NCBI GenBank assembly: GCA_035295065.1
Contig: DATGJR010000155.1
Location: forward strand, 903-64,902
Source: Steroidobacteraceae bacterium
GTDB taxonomy: Bacteria; Pseudomonadota; Gammaproteobacteria; Steroidobacterales; Steroidobacteraceae
DNA length: 64,000 bases
Reading direction: 5' to 3'
A program made the position numbers and the translations under genes. Below, piece by piece: positions 59,224 through 64,000 of this stretch. Below the pieces are notes generated by a model. It was given only the letters and a program-made list of their open reading frames with translations. It searched no databases and was not told where the DNA came from. Numbering within the stretch: the stretch's first letter is position 1; every line of letters starts with the position of its first letter.

Positions 59224-60402
59224 ATGCCCTGGAAACGGCGCCTTTTCAGCGGTGGTCCGCTGTCGCGCGCGATCAACATCGCCGATCTGCGCGAGCAGGC
59301 TCGACGGCGCGTGCCGGGCTTTGCCTTCGAATACGTCGAGGGGGGCGCCGAGGATGAGAGCTCGCTCCGTGGCAACCGCTCAGCGTTTGAGCGATTGCGG
59401 CTGCTGCCCCAGACTCTGATCGACACATCCTCGCGGCAGCTGCGCACCACGATCCTCGGCTCCGCCGCCCAGGCACCCCTGGTCATCGCCCCCACAGGGC
59501 TCAACAACATGCTGCACGCGGAGGGCGATCTGGCGCTGGCGCGCGCCGCGGCCCGACTCGGCATCCCCTTCACTTTGAGCTCGCTCTCGACGACGCGGCT
59601 CGAGGAGGTGGCGCAGCGCGCCGGCGGACGGCTGTGGATGCAGCTCTATGTGCTCAAGGATCGTGCCATCGCCCGCGACATCATGCAGCGCGCGGCGGCA
59701 GCCGGTTATGAGGCACTGGTCTTCACCACCGACGCCAATGTCTTCGGCAGCCGCGAATGGGATCAGCGTAATTTCCGCGCGCCCGGCAAGCCGACGCTCC
59801 GGGCCGCGCTCGATACGTTGCGCCACCCACGCTGGATGTATGAGGTGCTGCTGCGCCACGGCATCCCGCGCTTTCGCAACATCGAATCGTTCCTCCCGCC
59901 GGGTGCGGCGAGCGCCGTCGGCGGGAGCACGGTGATCCCGGGCCTCTTTCAACCCACCATCAGCTGGGACGATATCGCCTGGATCCGCCAGTTCTGGCGC
60001 GGCAAGCTCCTCATCAAGGGCGTACTGACCACGGCCGATGCCGAGCGCGCCCGCGCCCTCGGCTGCGAGGGCATCGTGCTCAGCAATCATGGGGGTCGGC
60101 AGCTCGATTCCTGCGTGTCGGCGATCGACGTGCTGCCGGAGATAGCCGCCGCAGTAGGCGGTCGGGTCTCGATTCTCGTCGATGGCGGATTCCGCCGCGG
60201 CACGGACATCGTCAAGGCGCTGGCGCTGGGTGCCGAGGCGGTCCTCCTCGGGCGGGCGACGCTCTACGGCTTAGGCGCCGCCGGCGAGCGCGGCGTGCAG
60301 CGCGCGCTGGAGATTCTCACCGTCGAGACCGACCGGGTGCTGGGAATGCTCGGTTGCACCTCCGTGAGCCAGCTCGGACCGCAGTACGTGCGCCGGGTCT
60401 GA
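59224..60402 (+). CDS. FMN-dependent alpha-hydroxy acid dehydrogenase/oxidase (LldD/glycolate-oxidase family)
   Basis: NIADLREQARRRVPGFAFEYVEGGAEDE...LSNHGGRQLD...DGGFRRGTDIVKALALGA. Starts 24 nt after paralog 2. Confidence 0.88.
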   Translation: MPWKRRLFSGGPLSRAINIADLREQARRRVPGFAFEYVEGGAEDESSLRGNRSAFERLRLLPQTLIDTSSRQLRTTILGSAAQAPLVIAPTGLNNMLHAEGDLALARAAARLGIPFTLSSLSTTRLEEVAQRAGGRLWMQLYVLKDRAIARDIMQRAAAAGYEALVFTTDANVFGSREWDQRNFRAPGKPTLRAALDTLRHPRWMYEVLLRHGIPRFRNIESFLPPGAASAVGGSTVIPGLFQPTISWDDIAWIRQFWRGKLLIKGVLTTADAERARALGCEGIVLSNHGGRQLDSCVSAIDVLPEIAAAVGGRVSILVDGGFRRGTDIVKALALGAEAVLLGRATLYGLGAAGERGVQRALEILTVETDRVLGMLGCTSVSQLGPQYVRRV

Positions 60403-60420
60403 CCCTCCGCAGCGCCCGCC

Positions 60421-61494
60421 TCAGCGCTCGGGCGACTTGAGCAACTCGACCAGATCCTCCTTCCACAGCGCGGCGACGGTATGCGAGCCATGGCCGCGGG
60501 TGCGCTCGCTGTAGGGAATCACGATCGCCCGCCCGTGCGGCACCCGCGTGATCTCGTGCTCCAGGATCTGCAGCTCCGGCGGGTTGATCAGGTCGTCGGC
60601 GGAGTTCACCGCCAGGAGCGGTGCCTGGATCTTCTCGAGCGCGGGCCCGGGATCGTAGTCATGCGAGGCTTCCACCGCGTACAGCACGTCATTGGCGTCG
60701 TGTGTACTCAGGTTCTCCTCGACGTAAGCATCGATCACTTCGTCGGCACGCGCGAGCGTCGGCGCCTCGGCCTGTCGCAGCACCGGATTGCTCCCCATCA
60801 GCCACAGCATCTCGAGCGCGGTCCGGAGCGAGGGAGGCTGGCTCGAGTACTCACCCCCCTTCCACGCCGGATCGTTGCGGATCGCATCGATCACCGTGCG
60901 ACGCCATACCCGATTGCGGCCCGAGATCTGCGTCGGCAGACTCGCGAGCGGCATGAGCGTATCCATGAAATCCGGATGCAGCTCGCCCCACAGCCAGGTA
61001 TGCATGCCCCCCATGGAGGTGCCCATCACGAGGCGCGCGTGGTTCACCTTGAGACCCTGCGTGAGCAGCAGGTAGTCCGCCTGCACCATGTCGTGATAGC
61101 CGTAGTGTGGAAAATGAGCGTGCAGTCCGTCGCTGGGCTTTGACGACTTGCCGTGCCCGATTCCATCCGGCAGCACCAGATAGTAGCGGGTCGCATCGAG
61201 CGGCTGACCGGAGCCAAAGAGCGCACCGCCGAAGGTCGGCCCCATGAACTGCGCGCTGCTGCCGGTCGTGCCGTGCATGATCAGCACTGCATTGCGCACC
61301 ACACCCTGGTGATCACGCCTGGGCGTGCCGAAGGTGCGGTAGTGGATACGCAACTCCGTCAGCGACTCCCCGGAGTCGAACTTGAAATCGCGGATAACGT
61401 AGTCGCCCTCGGAGGCCGGGTAAGCCCCGGCATCGGCGAGCCATGCCGCGAGAATTCCGGCGAACAGCAGGGGAGCGAACGAGGCGCGTCTCAT
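60421..61494 (-). CDS. secreted alpha/beta-fold hydrolase (homoserine O-acetyltransferase-like fold)
   Basis: Signal MRRASFAPLLFAGILAAWLADAGA and nucleophile elbow GTSMGG. Start trimmed to the ATG at 61494. Confidence 0.7.
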   Translation of the reverse strand: MRRASFAPLLFAGILAAWLADAGAYPASEGDYVIRDFKFDSGESLTELRIHYRTFGTPRRDHQGVVRNAVLIMHGTTGSSAQFMGPTFGGALFGSGQPLDATRYYLVLPDGIGHGKSSKPSDGLHAHFPHYGYHDMVQADYLLLTQGLKVNHARLVMGTSMGGMHTWLWGELHPDFMDTLMPLASLPTQISGRNRVWRRTVIDAIRNDPAWKGGEYSSQPPSLRTALEMLWLMGSNPVLRQAEAPTLARADEVIDAYVEENLSTHDANDVLYAVEASHDYDPGPALEKIQAPLLAVNSADDLINPPELQILEHEITRVPHGRAIVIPYSERTRGHGSHTVAALWKEDLVELLKSPER

Positions 61495-61583
61495 GCGGTG
61501 GCCCTCCCGTGAGTGAATTGATGCCGATCGGGCACGAGGTACTCCTTGGCGCACTCCGCGGGTAGCGCCTTTCCCGGTGAAGC

Positions 61584-61609
61584 GTGCGCGGGCCGGCTGA
61601 CCCGCGCAC
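61584..61609 (-). terminator. strong hairpin just downstream of gfa
   Basis: GTGCGCGGG (61584-61592) pairs with CCCGCGCAC (61601-61609). 9 bp stem, 8 nt loop, no U-tract. Confidence 0.45.
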
Positions 61610-61616
61610 TCGGCAC

Positions 61617-62189
61617 TCACGCGGCCAATGTCCCTTTGCGCTTGGCGGTGTGCGTCGCGATCAGGTCCATGAGGCCGGGCGACAGGCAGTCATACGGCTC
61701 GAGCTTGAGCTCCTTGAGGCGTGCACGCACCTCACCCATCCGCGCCGGCGGAAATCCCGCCTCGATGATGGAGGAGACGAAGGCGGCGAATTCCGGGGCT
61801 GACCAGCCGCTGTCCTTCGAGAGCTCGGTGTGCACGAAGTCGAAGCCGTAGAAGGGATGGTCCTTGTTCTCGATGCGGCCGTACATATGGGCGCCACAGG
61901 CACTGCAGGCATAACGCTGGATGGGCGCCTTCTCGTCGACGATCTTCAGCTTGTTGCCATTCGCGCTGACGCTCAGCTTATCGCGGCCGATGACGGCCAC
62001 GATCGAGAACAGCGCACCTTTCGGCTTCCAGCACTTGGTGCAGCCGCACACATGATTGAAGGCGGTGTTGCCCTTGAGCGTGATGGTCACCGGCGAGGAG
62101 CTGCACAGACAGCTCAGCGTGCCTCCCGGAAAATCCGTCTTGCCGGCCTTCACACCATTGTCGACAGCCGGATGGATCTTGACAGCCAT
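61617..62189 (-). CDS. gfa: S-(hydroxymethyl)glutathione synthase (glutathione-dependent formaldehyde-activating enzyme)
   Basis: [34 protein letters not shown]...[18 protein letters not shown]...[14 protein letters not shown]. Confidence 0.9.
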   Translation of the reverse strand: MAVKIHPAVDNGVKAGKTDFPGGTLSCLCSSSPVTITLKGNTAFNHVCGCTKCWKPKGALFSIVAVIGRDKLSVSANGNKLKIVDEKAPIQRYACSACGAHMYGRIENKDHPFYGFDFVHTELSKDSGWSAPEFAAFVSSIIEAGFPPARMGEVRARLKELKLEPYDCLSPGLMDLIATHTAKRKGTLAA

Positions 62190-62252
62190 AGTGGTTCTCC
62201 TGTGTTCGCGAGTGATTGAGGCGTGCCGGGCTGCTGCAGTCGGCGCGCAACG

Positions 62253-63362
<1,110 letters not shown>

Positions 63363-63499
63363 GCCAATTCCCCGTTCTTACCGGACGCGCAGCGAGCGGG
63401 AGAGTTTACGCGCCTGCAGGGCGAATACCATAAGGCTTGTCAGGGACCGACCTTCGGGAGCGACAATTGCGACTCGAGGGTCATTGCTGCGAGGCGTAC

Positions 63500-63913
63500 A
63501 TGACTGAGACGGTCTTCGGGAAGATCCTGCGCGGGCAGATCCCCTGCCACAAAGTCTACGAGGACGACCGGGTGCTGGCGTTCCTCGATATCAATCCGCT
63601 GAGCGCCGGCCACACGCTGGTGATCCCGAAGGAGGCCGCGGAGACGATGGACGCATTGTCAGATGAGTCCGCGGCCGCGCTCGGGAGAGTGCTGCCGCGA
63701 CTGTGTCGCGCCGTGATCGCGGCTACCGGAGTGCGCGAGTACAACGTGCTCGAGAACAATGGCCGCGGCGCGCATCAGGCGATTGCGCATGTGCACTTCC
63801 ACATCATTCCGAAACCCAACACGCGCGAAGGTCTCGGGATCGGCTGGCCGATGGTGAGCCTCGACTCCGCCGCAGGAGCTGCGCTCGCGGCGAAGATCGC
63901 CGCCGCGATTTGA
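63500..63913 (+). CDS. HIT (histidine triad) family protein
   Basis: MTETVFGKILRGQIPCHKVYEDDRVLAFLDINPLSAGHTLVIPK...HVHFHIIPK (HxHxHxx). Start trimmed to 63500. Confidence 0.88.
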   Translation: MTETVFGKILRGQIPCHKVYEDDRVLAFLDINPLSAGHTLVIPKEAAETMDALSDESAAALGRVLPRLCRAVIAATGVREYNVLENNGRGAHQAIAHVHFHIIPKPNTREGLGIGWPMVSLDSAAGAALAAKIAAAI

Positions 63914-64000
63914 GGTTGGTGCCCGACTGATCCGGCCGCCGCCCTGAAGGGGGTGGCAGGTCGGGAAACTTTCAGTCCTGTGGGGCGCTCCAAGCGCCGA

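Noticed and set aside
63914-64000. Sequence after the HIT gene (small hairpin GGCGC-tccaa-GCGCC at the window edge)
   Set aside because: Too close to the window end to interpret, and no ORF or motif can be supported.

Overview
Very GC-rich chromosomal segment with gammaproteobacterial gene order (Xanthomonadales/Nevskiales-like; taxon not provable from sequence alone). It is almost entirely core genome. I found no rRNA or canonical tRNA genes, CRISPR arrays, IS elements, integrases or prophage genes.

Gene content, left to right:
- serA(partial)-serC-gyrA, then ubiG-rmuC-squalene-synthase-like-yciK.
- yciO-trpS-scpA-scpB-rluB, then yciB-bolA-PPIase.
- smc-zipA-ligA, then queF, dksA-gluQ and an orphan short phaR.
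- The translation superoperon rimP-nusA-infB-rbfA-truB ... rpsO-pnp.
- hutU-hutI-hutH and csrA.
- A ~16 kb N-acetylglucosamine/chitooligosaccharide divergon. One arm is TonB-dependent receptor, halogenase-like gene, cupin, GH20 hexosaminidase, EIIA-HPr-EI and NagE. The other arm is nagQ, nagB-II and nagA.
- A small gluzincin lipoprotein and copCD.
- Two large paralogous DUF4382-like lipoproteins.
- An FMN hydroxyacid dehydrogenase, a secreted alpha/beta hydrolase, gfa-adhC and a HIT protein.

Most long ORFs in the track that lie antisense to these genes are high-GC artefacts. Many track ORFs also start too far upstream, so I trimmed starts using homolog N-termini, stop/start junctions and Shine-Dalgarno positions.

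The observations most worth follow-up, none of which is proven novel:
1. Halogenase-like and JmjC/cupin-like genes embedded in the TonB-receptor/chitin operon.
2. The tandem Lys-poor DUF4382-like lipoprotein pair.
3. Two tandem intrinsic terminators plus a structured GC-rich element directly upstream of rimP.
4. Inverted 14-mer operator candidates in the nag divergent promoter region.
5. Atypical DksA, RluB and NagE domain features.
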